A stretch of 64,000 nucleotides of DNA from Podarcis tiliguerta (Eukaryota), in the NCBI GenBank assembly GCA_965153285.1, contig OZ229117.1. One strand, 5' to 3'. The position numbers and the translations under genes were made by a program. The notes beneath the pieces were generated by a model. The model made no database searches and was not told where the DNA came from. It was given only the letters and a program-made list of their open reading frames with translations. Positions 1-12,082 of this stretch are shown here, one piece after another; positions within the stretch are counted from its first letter, which is position 1, and every line of letters begins with the position of its first letter.

Positions 1-3000
1 ACACACCAGGAAAAAAGGGCATGGTTATCATCTTGGCACAACTGATAGGGCAGAAATGGCCCTTTGCTCTGAAAGCTGCACACAGTTGCTTTCATGAGAT
101 CCATGTTTCGCTAACATGCAACTGTCCTACCTAAGGAGAGGAGCTGCAAGCAGTAGGCTGGGGAGGCACACATGCCCCCATCTCAATTCCTTTCACTGAG
201 AGATTTATTGTGTCCATTGCCTTCCTTTTCTCAGTGGCTCCTGCCAGTGAAACCACATAGGCTAGAGCACCAGCCTTCAGCTATTGGATCAAGACCCACT
301 ACCAGGTCATGGCCTGATCCAAGGTGGGATAGTGCAACAGTAGCAGCAACACCACCATATAACTATATGGTGAGGGGGGGGGGATGTGTTACCAAATGCA
401 TGTTCTGGTTAAAGACAAATCCTGGATTTGGAAAGGTTGAAGGCCATGGGGCTAGTGGATGTGTTTTAAAGTCGCTTGGAGGTGTTCCGCTAATCAGAAA
501 GGATCTTTAGTGCAATTCAGATATGCTTTGCGGGAGGGAGGATATAGAAATTCTGTGTCAGTGACTTGCTCTATCAAAGTAAGCAAGATATAGAAGATCT
601 GTGTCTCCTCGTGTTGTTATTCAACATTTAAAAATAGCTGCCTGGAGCAAACTTGATGTTGGGGAGGAAGTGTTTAAACTTTTTCACTTCCTGACCTTTT
701 TCATGAACGTATTGCCCACCCAGAGCTGTTATTAGTTCCTTTGGGAAAAGACGGGTACCCAGGTTGTAGCTGTCTTGTTTCCCCACTGCATGACGCCCCA
801 AGTTTATTAATAAGTGTATTTGTCAGGGGGAAGGAGAGGATTGTGAAAATGGGGGCGGGTTAGGCCTTTCTCAAGCACTGTGCTCTTGATCCAATGTGTC
901 CTCATACCTGCCCTTAACATGCTTTTGGGACATCTGCTGACATCTTTTGTCATTTGGCTTTTTCTGGGCACCTGTGCTTGTGACCTGTAGGATTGGCAGA
1001 AGGGATGTTAGCACCCCAGACTCTTACTCTGTTCCTGCCTTTAAAGGGTACATCACAAATCAGCTGGATAATTCAATTTACACAAGCAGGAGCGGCTGCC
1101 ATGCTCTGAGTTTGACCAAATAATACAATATTCTACTGAACATAATGAGGATAAAGTTGCTGCTGCTGCTGCTACCCTCAGAGAATGTCCACAGACTTGC
1201 CCTGGAGCTTAATCAGTGTGAGCCCCTCAATATTTTCCTGCAGCAGAGTGGGTGACTGGCAGCCCCCTCTAGTGGGTGCAAACCCCAAGTCTCTTCTTTC
1301 TTCAAGGGACCAGCACCCACAGTCCCACCCAAACCTTACTCTGGAGCTATTCTGCATTATTTCTTCTCCCCTAGTAGTTGTAGCAGAAGCAAAAGTGTCT
1401 GCTGCATTCTGACTGAGTTCTGCTGTGGCAACCAAACCTTCCAGCAGGCTGGCCTCTGCACTGGGCATGCTTGACTATTGGCCCTGGCTTTGCAGCCTCG
1501 GATCTGACGCCTCCTGAGCGGGAGCGGCAGGGGGTGGGACTGTGTTTTGCCTGCCTCTCTTGGCATCAAGGCAGACATGGTGCATCTGCTCCTCTCTTCA
1601 CACTTTGAAGTGCTGCCTCTGGCTTGACTCTCAAAGGCCTCATTGATAAAGCTGTAAATAGAACTCTTGGCCGGTTGCTGGCTTAGAGGCATGAAGACAT
1701 CCGCCAAAAAGAGGATGGTTATAAAACGTATTTTCTCTCCCGGCTCAGCCACCAGGCTCTGCTCCCAGCCAGGCAACCCCATGCCAGTGTTTTAGGGCTG
1801 CACTGAGTGGTTGATTAGCTGATTAAAAACCTTTTGATTGACTGAAAACACGGCACCTGATTAATTAGGCAAAGTATTTTTTTTAATGTTAATTATTCAT
1901 GATAAAGATACTTCTTTTCATTGCAGACATTCAGAGGTTGGTTTTCAGTATGACTCATTCTGGAGTGCGTGGCAGATACCCTCTCTATTTAAAAGCACAT
2001 CAAGCCCCTGCTATGAATAGTGACTTCAGGAGGGGGGGCTGACACTGGAAGGGCGAGAGTAATGAAATGACTCTAACTGGCAGCTGCAGCCTCTTTGGTT
2101 TGGGGAAGAATTGGGATCAGAATCCTCTTGCATCAACATTTCATTTGGCTTGGCCTTTTGTGGGCTGATAGAGGAGGTTAGCTTGGACTGTTTAATTGGA
2201 ACTTGGAAGCTGGTCTAATGTGCCTTCTTTGCGAGTGTGTGTAGGGGGAGGTGAGTTACAGAGCAGGCCATGTTTATGGGGATATAGTGTCTGTACAGCT
2301 TCCAAAGGGCAGGGCGCCAACCTCACGCCTCAACCAACCATGGGAGTCCAAGGGCCTGCATAAATTGCAGCTGTTTCTTACACACACCACATGCCTGCTG
2401 AGGGATTCTCCTTGCAAAGACTGAAAACAAGAAGTGGAAGGAGCATAAAACTTCCCATGTCTTTATTCTACTCCTTCGCCTTGCACAGGACTGGAGTAGT
2501 TTGGTTAGTGCTACAGCTTGATCCAGATGATTGCGCTCACATTTTCAGAGGGACAGTGGCTGTTGCTGCTTTGTCCCTGTGTGCTCTGCTTCAACCTGGG
2601 ATCATTTTCATGTTTGCTGGGCAGCTTCTCTCTCCGGAAGAATACCAGCTTGTCAGGGGAGAATATCAACTGGGACTGTGATACAGGGGTGAAAGTGTTA
2701 AACCCCCTTCCCTGTGTGCTGCAATCCTGACCCTCATTCCCGGTGACCTTTATTATAAAAGTAAAAGCAAGACCTCTTCAGTGTTCCCCATGCATTTAAT
2801 GTCTGCAGCTGGTTCTCTGAATTAGCATCTTAAGAACATCACCACGTACTTTGGGCAGGCTAAAAATGCTTCTGCCCTAATTCAAAACCCAGAGTCTTTA
2901 AAGGAAACTACCCCACTCACCCTGGAATGCTGCGGCTTCTCTCCAGTACGAAGTGGTTAGCAGAATAGGGGTCAGCATGAGCTGGGATCTCTCTGGAAAT

Positions 3001-3458
3001 GGGATGTTAGAGCAGATGGGACATTCGTCTGAGCCAGCAGGAGTATATGATTGCTTGCTTACTTCCCCACCCTTTAAAGTCCATGGGCAAGTTGAAACAC
3101 TTCAAAATGGCAGATACACTCTAAGGATCAGCTTGTCTATTAATTGTCCACAAAATATGAAATGACGTCAAGTTATTCTCAAGCCATTTTTACACGAAAG
3201 CATGTGTTTTGCATGAATAGGTAAAAAATGGAGTTTGCTGTCCAAGTAGTTCCCACCTGGTTTCTGTTTTCCCATCATGGGGGCTGTCACAAGGGTTTGC
3301 CTGTTCTTGTACCCAAAGTTCACCCATATTTATTAAAGAGGAAAACCTGCCCCATACCTTAGGAATATAAGAAGTCTCTACTGGAATGGCTCATCTTATC
3401 AGCATCCTGCTCTCACCCTGGCTATCCAGATACCGGGGGTGGGGGTGGGGAGTGGGGA

Positions 3459-3650
3459 GTAAAGGTAAAGGACCCCTGGATAGTTAAGTCCAGTGAAAGG
3501 TAACTGTGGGGTTGTGGTACTCATCTCGCTTTCCAGGAGCTGAGACAGAGCAACGGGAACTCACCCCATCGCGAGGATTCAAACCACCGACCTTCTGACC
3601 GGCAAGCCCAAGAGGTTCAGTGGTTTAGACCACTGCACCACCCACGTCCC
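3459..3650 (-). mobile_element. Sauria SINE, internally deleted copy
   Basis: The reverse strand starts with a tRNA-like head (GGGACGTGGGTGGTGCAGTGGTCTAAACCACTG...GGTCGGTGGTTTGAATCC) and ends in an (ACCTTT)n-type tail. About 190 bp, with the centre missing. Confidence 0.8.
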
Positions 3651-3807
3651 TACCACAAGCAGGACCTGAGTTCAACAGTCTCAGCTCACTGGTGGTTCCC
3701 CGTGAGTGGTATTCAGAGGCCTACCACCTCCAAGATGGGAGGTAACACACAGCCATCATGACTAGTAGCCATAGACAGTCTTATCCTCCATGAACTTGTC
3801 TAACTCT

Positions 3808-4083
3808 CAGGGCCATCCCCGGATGTTTTGCCGCCAGAGGCAAAAGAGAAAACACTGCCCTGTCACCACCTCTTCCTCTGTTGCCCACCCACTGCTGTGC
3901 ACCCACACGGCATCACATGTCTGCCTACTGCCACCTGCCAGCCACTGGGCAGTACACAGGCATACAGAGGAAGAGGCTGACAAGTGCAGGGAAAGCTCCA
4001 TGGAGTAAATCGGCCGCTCTCCCAGCTTTCTGGAACCTGCCACCCTGAGGGAACTGCCTCACCTCATGGGTGGGCCAGCCCTG
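3808..4083. mobile_element. hAT-type MITE
   Basis: Imperfect TIRs CAGGGCCATCCC / GGGCCAGCCCTG and an 8-bp TSD CTAACTCT/CTAACTCC. Confidence 0.7.
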
Positions 4084-5239
4084 CTAACTCCAGCTTGGTG
4101 GCCATCATTACATCCTGCGATAGCCCTTGTATCTACGGGTGAAGGGTGGTATACAATTTAGTACATAATAAATACGTAAATAAATACAGCAAATTCCAGA
4201 CTTTAACAACAGTAAGCGCTGGGTGGATAAGTATTTTCTTTGTCTGCACGGAATCCTCCAACACTGAGCTTCCTTCAATGGACCGGTATTATAAGAAAAG
4301 GAGAAATACTTCTCTCTATCAACATTCTCCACCCCTAACAATTTTAAATGCTTCTCTTCTGTCCTCCCTTACTCGCCTTGTGTCTAAACTAAAAACCTCC
4401 AACTGTTGTAAAGGTAACTGGAAAAAAGTGATCTTGAACATAGTAACTGATTTTGTTTTGAGCAAATGAAATAAATATGACCCGTTTAGGGTCATAAATT
4501 CTCTGTCTTGCAAAACAAAGAGTCCATCTTTTCCTAGCGAGGAGAAACAGGCCCCTCTTCATGATGTACCACGCTGCTTTGAATTACGTAGGCAGTATCT
4601 TGTGAAATCAGCCAGTGAAACATGCAATGCTCTCTCCACAGAGTGAGTTGTTTGTGTCTCGCACGGCATGTCACGTAAATAGTTGCATAAGAAGTCACAC
4701 TTGTATGTCAGACTGTGCTGCTTACAGGGCGAGTTTGACTGCCTTTTGCATGCTCTGCCCTACTAGGAATTGCTAACCCAGAGCTGGGGGAAACGGGACC
4801 AAGGCAAGGAAGTATTAGCATGCACAAATGTTGTAGTGTCATGGAAATGTGATGCTTGTGCATCGTCTAATAGGTGAAATGAGGAAAGTTCTGAAATGGA
4901 ACTTATTTGTGCTGAGTCAGAGCCAGGTTTCGCATTTGCCTCTGAGTGGCCACTTTGAGAATGGGATGCTGGGCTGGATTGGCCATTTGCTTAATCTATC
5001 AGACTCATTTTACGTTCTTGCATCAACAGTTTTAGGGAACTTACTGGACTCTGAAGCTTTGATTTGGAGGGAACTGTACAACCCTATGTTTCAAGATTTT
5101 CATGAGAGGCCATTCTTTCTGCCCTGCCAATATCTGTAGCATGTTTGGCAGAACTTAAGGCAGGGCCTTCCAAGTGGCTTCCCCCAAACTCCAGAGTTCC
5201 TTGCAAGGGAGGCCCATGTAGCCTCTGATTACCTTCTGT

Positions 5240-5450
5240 CAGTAGGAAGAACATAGGAAGTTGCCTTCTGCTGAGCCAGACCCTTGGCCCCTCTAGCCTA
5301 GTATAGTCTGCACTCTGGCTGGCAACAGCTCTCCAGGGCTTCATGCAAAGGACCTTCCCAGTTCAGCTACCTGGAGATACTGTCAAGGATTGAACCTGGG
5401 ACCTTCTGCACACAAAGCAGATGCTCCACCACTGACCTATGACCCTCTCC
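5240..5450 (-). mobile_element. tRNA-derived squamate SINE
   Basis: GGATTGAACCTGGGACCTTCTGCACACAAAGCAGATGCTCCACCACTGA is a reverse-complemented tRNA A/B-box head; same family as the copy at 28107. Confidence 0.65.
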
Positions 5451-6252
5451 TAAAGGAGAATATTTTTAGTCAGACGAGGCTCCAAGTAGCTCCTCTTGTT
5501 TTATGCCCACTGCAGTGCTGCTATGTGTTCTACTGGCTGTTGTTGTTTGTATTGGTTGCACAGGAAAGTTGCCATTCCTCTAAATTCCTCAAGGCAGACT
5601 CTTTTTGCCAGACCATATTCACAGAGTAAAGTTTGCACTGGCTGCCCATATGCTACTTGGCCAGGTCAGGCCAATGAGAGATCAGGTGGTCGCTGAGATA
5701 TCCTGTACCCAAGTTGTTAAAGGGCCTTCAAAATAAGAACAATGAACCTGGCTGGGTAGCATATGGGCAACCAGCACAAGCTTTCCATCACTAGTCTTAC
5801 GTGCTAGCAATAGTCTGTCCCAATCAACAGTCTAGCAGCTGCATTTTGCATAAGCTGGAACCTCCAGACAAGGCCAACAGAGAGAGCATTGCAATAACTG
5901 AGTCTTGTCAATCAAGCTGGGCAATTTCCTCCAGTAGAAGTTGGTGGGGAATCTTCTGCAGCAGGGGGAAAAACCCGGAGTGTGTCAAACATGGGTGAAG
6001 CCATATTTGGGAAAACTTGACTCTTCTTCCGCCTATATGCAACCCTTCTCCTTTGTACTTGCATAAATGTAAGTTGAAGACGTCACTGAGATGGTGAGTA
6101 ATGCTTCACTGCTGGACCCCCTTTTGCTTGGCATGGGGAGGGGGGGGCATCATGCCACCAGGATGTTAATGAAGAGGAAAACTCAGCCAGGCTTTAAGGG
6201 CAGTTTCATAAGTTCTCCCTGCCATTCAGCGCCCTCGCCTCCTGGGCTGTTA

Positions 6253-6259
6253 TCATGTG
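6253..6259 (+). promoter_or_regulatory. TCATGTG M-box/E-box-like site (possible MITF site) upstream of MC1R
   Basis: TCATGTG about 570 nt upstream of the MC1R ATG; MITF prefers T-flanked CATGTG. Short motif that could occur by chance. Confidence 0.3.
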
Positions 6260-6828
6260 GATCACCCTCCGCCCCTCTGCTGATGGGAAAGCTGGGCATA
6301 TTCCTTTAAAAGTAAGGGAGATAAAGGGTTCTTTCTTTGCTGTGAACTCCTGCTAATCAGTTTACTTTGGGGAAGAAGCAAATCAAGCAACGGCACCCTT
6401 GGAAGGAAAATAGGACTTGGGAATTCAGAGCCGGGAGAGGCGGAAAGAAACTGGCAAGTTCTCCCCTTTTCTTTTTCTGGGACAGAGACCCAAAGGAAGA
6501 AACCAGGAATAAGAGAGCAGAACCCAAGAAGACACGGGCGTTGGGCTCTCCAGCGTATTGTGCCAAAGAAGGGTCACTGGAAGCGTGTTGCTGACTCTGC
6601 CACCTCAAAACTTTGTGTGGAGCATGTCTGGTCTCACAGCTCTTTTCTGAGACATCTACCCATCTATTCCCTTGGAGGAGGAGTGGCCACAGAAGTTTCT
6701 TTCAGGTTCCGCAGCCTACAGGTGAGTTCCCGGACCATGCTAACTATATACTTCTCCCCCAAGAGAAAACTCTGTTGCAAAATCCTGCGGGTCTCCTTTG
6801 TAATTCTGTAGCATTCCAAGGTGCCACC

Positions 6829-7773
6829 ATGTCTGTGCCATCACCCCTGAGGGTGCTGCCCAGCCCCCCGAATGCCACTGCAGGCATTCCCATGAGCAAC
6901 CAGACCAATGAGACATTCTGCACAAGCAGCCAGCAGGTAGTGATCCCTGGCGAACTCTTCCTGACCCTGGGGATCCTGAGCTTTGTGGAGAACTTGTTAG
7001 TGGTGGCCGCCATTGTCAAAAACCGGAACCTGCATTCGCCCATGTACTATTTCATCTGCTGCCTGGCTGTGTCAGACATGCTGGTGAGCGTCAGCAACCT
7101 AGTGGAGACCCTCTTCATGCTTCTGCTGGAGCATGAGATGATGGTTGTGCAGCCCACCACCGTGATGCACCTGGATAACGCCATGGACATGCTGATCTGC
7201 AGCTCCCTGATGTCCTCGCTCTCCTTCCTCGGCGTCATCGCCATTGACCGCTACATCACCATCTTCTACGCCTTGCGGTATCACAGCATCATGACCATCC
7301 AGAGGGCCGTCACCATCATCGTGGTTGTCTGGGTGGTCAGCAGCATCTCCAGCACCATCTTCATTGCCTACGATGGCAAGGCGGTCATCCTCTGCCTGGT
7401 CATCTTCTTCCTCTCCATGATCACCCTGATCATGGGCCTCTACATCCACATGTTCAGCCTGGCTCACCAACACGCCCGCAGGATCTCCAGCCTGCAAAGG
7501 AAGCAGTCGGCGCCCCACTTCACTAGCATGAGAGGGGCCATCACCCTCACCATCCTGCTGGGCGTCTTCTTCATCTGCTGGGGCCCCTTCTTCCTTCACC
7601 TGATCCTCATCCTCACCTGCCCCGAGAAGCCCGCCTGCAACTGCTACTTCAGATACTTCAACCTCTATCTCATCCTCCTCATTTGCAACTCTGTGGTGGA
7701 CCCCATAATTTACGCCTTCCGGAGCCAGGAGCTCAGGAGGACTTTGAAAGAGGTGGTCTTATGCTTTTGGTAA
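6829..7773 (+). CDS. MC1R: Melanocortin 1 receptor (MSH receptor), single coding exon, 314 aa
   Basis: Perfect Kozak gccaccATG at 6829; the ORF-track start at 6613 is a TTG. Seven-TM class A GPCR with melanocortin motifs [20 protein letters not shown]93/D116/D120, DRY(140-142), [14 protein letters not shown] and C-terminus [17 protein letters not shown]. Lies directly upstream of TUBB3, the known MC1R synteny. Confidence 0.97.
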   Translation: MSVPSPLRVLPSPPNATAGIPMSNQTNETFCTSSQQVVIPGELFLTLGILSFVENLLVVAAIVKNRNLHSPMYYFICCLAVSDMLVSVSNLVETLFMLLLEHEMMVVQPTTVMHLDNAMDMLICSSLMSSLSFLGVIAIDRYITIFYALRYHSIMTIQRAVTIIVVVWVVSSISSTIFIAYDGKAVILCLVIFFLSMITLIMGLYIHMFSLAHQHARRISSLQRKQSAPHFTSMRGAITLTILLGVFFICWGPFFLHLILILTCPEKPACNCYFRYFNLYLILLICNSVVDPIIYAFRSQELRRTLKEVVLCFW

Positions 7774-8476
7774 GGAGCAGGCGGCACTGGGGGTCTGAGG
7801 GTGCAAGTAGCCACTGGGGCTCTCCTGCCCTCCCCAGAGGCAGCCACTTTGCAATTGGGAGCTCAGCGCCCCCTGGTGGCACTGGGGATGGGCAAGCAGA
7901 GGAAGCCTCTGGGAGGAGGTGCCAGGCAGCGTTCACCACATCCCACGGCCAGAAGGAGGAAACAAAGTGTGTGTGTGTGTGTGGTGGGGAGGGACGTTCT
8001 TTTGCTTCCTGACTGCCTTCAACCTAGAGGCATGGCTGAGATGTTGTATAACTCTCTGCTATTTCCTTGCTAGTGATCTAGGGAAGCCATTCATTCTTCC
8101 TCTGTGGGGGCTCCAGCCCGTTTCCGTCAAGGTGTGCAGAGCAGAGGGTGAGGATGACAATGGCAGGTGCAGCAACATTTTCCCAATGCAGAAGAAGGAA
8201 GAGTGTGTGTGTGTGGCTGTGTACACACTCCCAGTTGCGCTGCATCCAGTGCACAACAACCTTTGGTTTGGGAAGTGGTATACAAGTGATGTTAACCACA
8301 ACCAATATTGATCCTCTCCTTTCTGAGGAAATGCTGTGTTTTGATGCATTCCCCGCCGCACCCCCCAAACCAGCTCTGATTTTACTTGTGTAAAGATACG
8401 CCCTCCCTGTGTTTTAAGCCAGTAATGTGTGCACAGCCTAAATATGTGTTTTGTATGTCAAGGAGCCTTACAGGGT

Positions 8477-8482
8477 AATAAA
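8477..8482 (+). terminator. Putative MC1R polyadenylation signal AATAAA
   Basis: AATAAA about 700 nt after the MC1R stop, followed by GU-rich sequence (TGTTTCAGAGTATGTGTG). Confidence 0.55.
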
Positions 8483-10022
8483 GAGGAATGTTTCAGAGTA
8501 TGTGTGAGCAACCCCAGGAGGGCTCTACCTGTCTAGGAGTACAGGGTGGGGGGTCCAGTTTAGAGATGTGGACATCTTTTCCTAAAGCCATTTCAGCACT
8601 GGGAAGGAAATGCCCTAAAATTTCAGATGCTGCAAATATGTCCCGTCCCCCCCGCATTCTCATAAGACCTGACTGGCAGCCTCTGACTGTGTTTCAGTGG
8701 ACTGCCCTCCCTCCGTCTTCTGACTTCATGTTTGAAGTCTCTACAAATCAATGCAACTCAATAAGTTGCAAAATGGTACCTCTGCCCGTATCTCAACCCT
8801 TTGTCCATAATTCTTACAACATTGTCCTCTCACTGAAAAATAGGCCTGAGTGATGCTCTGTTCTTATGTGAGATTATCTCTCTGAGTGGATCTCTGCTTC
8901 CCTTACGTGAGTGGATCTCTGATTGTTCCAGTTTCCAGGTCCTGCAATAGATGGTTGTAGCACCCCTTACCTGGTGGCTGGGCTACCTTGGGCCAAGCTT
9001 GGAGGAAGCATCAGGGACTCACAATCCTATTTAAGTTACTGGTAGTTCCTTTTCAGAACATGCTAATTAAAGTAGGAGTCAGTCTTCAGATTCATGGTGC
9101 CCAAAGCACAGGAGCCGCCTAGTGTTGCATCATATGCCACAGATGGGAGTTGCCTGTAAGGAACCTCTCACACATATCCCTGTCCAGACCTGTGCCACAG
9201 TGATGCTTCCATGCAAAACAAGACAAGCAATAGCTCATTCCAGGCATCACCCCTAGTAGATTGGACAGTAGCATAGCCCTGCTAAAGAAATGACTCTAAA
9301 TCCAGAAAAGAGCCTTGCTATTTACATCCAGAGCTTTACCAACTGGGCAAACTCTTATTGCATGCCACGTAATAACAAACTTCAGTGGCATTGCCGATTT
9401 GATATTAAGGTTTGCTCTTAAAAGCATACTGTAGGTCTGAGCTGAGGCTCTTTCCTAAGATAGCAGGAGCAAACTCCTAAAAGCACAAGGAGAGCCCTGC
9501 TGGGAACCCAACAGGCCCTGTATTCTAACATCCTGCCTCCCATAGTGGCCAACCAGATGGCAATGACTTTATGCGCAGGGAAGCTACACGTAGGGGGCGG
9601 CATCAATACAGCTCCTTGCCAAGGGTGCAAGGGACCCTACAAATGCCTCTGGGAGCATGCCCACCAGAAGTGGGTGACCAGGAAATCCAAGACCAATGAA
9701 GGACAATTGTCTCCCATTAACATGAACGGCTGTCCCACACAGAAGACAGTTCTTTTCTGTTGCTCCAGAATCAGTGGCTGGAAAAGGCAGAGAAGTACAG
9801 TAGACTTCAATGAAACACGAGGATGGCCTTCCAGATAGTGGCAGCTGTTCAGCAGTGGTTTGGGAGCTGGTGGGCTCTCCTTCACTCAAGAAGAGGTTGA
9901 ACAGCCATCTCACAAGGTTGTTGTATTTATATTCTGCATTGCAGGCCCCGTACAAAGTAGGAGGTGGGGCTAAGCAGCCTTCAAAGTCCTGTCTGATGCT
10001 GTGATTCTAAAAGCATCTGAGC

Positions 10023-10297
10023 CAAGAGTTCCCAAACTGGTTTACGGCATTTCTGTGGATTTGTGGTTAAAGGCAGGAGATAGCACATCTATTGCATAGA
10101 AGATTCATACTGCATTTTAATTGCTTCTTTTGTTTATTGTATTGTATGACAATTTGAATTCAGTGGAATACAAGGATGTGATTTAAAAATGCAATTAAAA
10201 ATCACACAGCATCTAGTACAGCACAACACAATTGCTTCAACAGACAGACGACACCATTAACCATTTTCGGAGGGCCTGAGTGGTTTGGGAACCATTG
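10023..10297. mobile_element. hAT (Charlie-like) non-autonomous element
   Basis: TIRs CAAGAGTTCCCAAAC / GTTTGGGAACCATTG and TSD ATCTGAGC/GTCTGAGC. Confidence 0.65.
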
Positions 10298-12082
10298 GTC
10301 TGAGCCACATTGTGCAGAATACAAATCATGGGTCAGGATGAGGGAGACAGGAGGAGAGATGAACGGCTTATTAGTAGAAGGTGTATTCCGGAGAGCATAA
10401 CAACTCACTTGCAACACTGTATAAGAAACAAGTTCAGTGGGTGTTTTTTGTGGGGTGTTGTCTTTCTCATATGCACCAACTGTGTGCATTCTCAGAAACA
10501 AACACACAAATACAGAATGCTGGGGGAGAAGCACACAGCACTTTTATTCCACCTTCTTACTATCTGATACACAATATTTTGTAGGTTTTTGTGGTTCATG
10601 TGGCATGAATGTTCAGCTAGCAGGTTCTGTGTGGGAGAGGAACTTGCAAGGGGGCTGCAACTATTTCTAAGAAGTGAGAGCTCCATCTGACCAGGGGCTT
10701 TTGTTTTGTTTGAGCGCTGCCACAATGAGTCATGCCTATAGGGGGGCGGGAATGGGTCCTGCCATTCAGCAGTCTGACTAGTCTTTGAAACACCACTCCC
10801 CCTGGGAGGGAAAAGGGCCCCACCTCCCTCCTCTCTCCTGTCAGTGGGCTGCAGCTGAGGTACCAGAACAAAATCACAGGCTCCTTTGCTTGCCCACCTC
10901 TGCCTCACATGCCTACCCATTGCCCATGCACCTGATGTATCATGCATATGGAGCATCCCTTGGCAATGGCATAAAAGTTCCATGCGCAAGTCTGTCGCTC
11001 ATGTAGCAGGCTGGCAATCCAGAACATCCCTTCTACCCCAGGCTAGTGGCTCCCTCCCTCCATTCACAACCTCCTGAGCAGCAGACATATACATGTTCTG
11101 TGGCATTCCCTCCCCCCACCCCTTCTTATGCAGCAGCCTGGTTGTTCTGGAATGTGGGCACCATCTATTGCCTGGAGGTGGCACTGGTGTTTGCTGCCTT
11201 TGCCCTTCAGGTCCTCTTGGGCAAACATCCCGAGCTGGTTCTGTTTCCCCATCCAGGGAAGGGCCATTGCTCTGTGCTAGAGGACCTCTTCTCCTCGGTT
11301 CAATCTCTGGTGTCTTCAGGTAAGGCAGGGAATGTCTCCTGCCTAAAGCCCTGGAAAGCTGCTGTCAGTCAGTGTAGACAATACTAAGCTGGCAATCATC
11401 TGATGCAGCATAAGGCAGCTTCATATTATTCCAGCAGGATGGCTAACCTTTTTGTTAGAGAAGGACCTAAGTTCAGTGCTAAAATAACAGCAGCTTTGCA
11501 TGAAGAAAGGCCTGGGTTCAAGTATGGCTGAGAAAAGATTCCTAGCTGAAAGCTTGATGAGCTGCTGCTGCCTGTTAGTGCAGACAATACTAAGGCTACA
11601 TGGTTTTCAGTGCATCCATTCCTTGCCAAGGCAGGTGCTTTACCTGAGAAAGAGGGTGAACTGGCTGTTTGCCCACTGCACAGTCACACTCACACTTGAG
11701 TTCCTTTGTGTCTCTCCAAGGCCTGATGTGATTCTCCTTCAGGCAAGCCCTTTCTCCAAGCTCTGTCATCTCTGATTACTGCTCCCTGCTGCTCACTCTG
11801 CAAAAAAAGAGAGACCTCTTTCTGGGCAAGGCTACTCCCTAGGGCAGCAGCCACATCCACCATTCTGGGAATTCAGCTGCTGTGGGGAATGATCTCAGAG
11901 TGCTTTCCCTTGCTAGGAACCTGGCTGCATTTTACTGCCACTACAGATGTAGGAGGGACTGCGCAGGCAGGAAGCCTGGCAGAGAGGCTGGCATGGGATG
12001 ACCATGAACAGGCCCTGAAGAAGAGGCAGAAAAAGGCTTAGAGGCTAGCAGAATTTATCCTAACCTGCAGCTAGAAATGTTT

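Larger units (their letters stand above)
3360..4120 (-). mobile_element. Old CR1 LINE 3' fragment interrupted by a Sauria SINE and an hAT MITE
   Basis: Same ATAAGAAG...AGCATCCTG..CTCAC...GGTATTCAGAGGC...AGCCATCATGACTAGTAGCC...CTCCATGAA.TTGTCTAA backbone as the copies at ~31094, ~39500 and ~51788. Confidence 0.6.

Noticed and set aside
1-3300. Expected TCF25 3' end upstream of MC1R
   Set aside because: No recognisable TCF25 coding exon; may be UTR or intergenic, which the sequence alone cannot establish.
6613-6828. 72-codon in-frame N-terminal extension of MC1R in the ORF track
   Set aside because: It begins at TTG with no in-frame ATG. The ATG at 6829 has a perfect Kozak and gives the canonical length, and the region looks like 5'UTR or intron.
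7099-7599. 166-aa antisense ORF over MC1R (likewise 21867-22400 over TUBB3)
   Set aside because: Shadow frames caused by GC3-rich codon usage of the sense gene; no independent signals.
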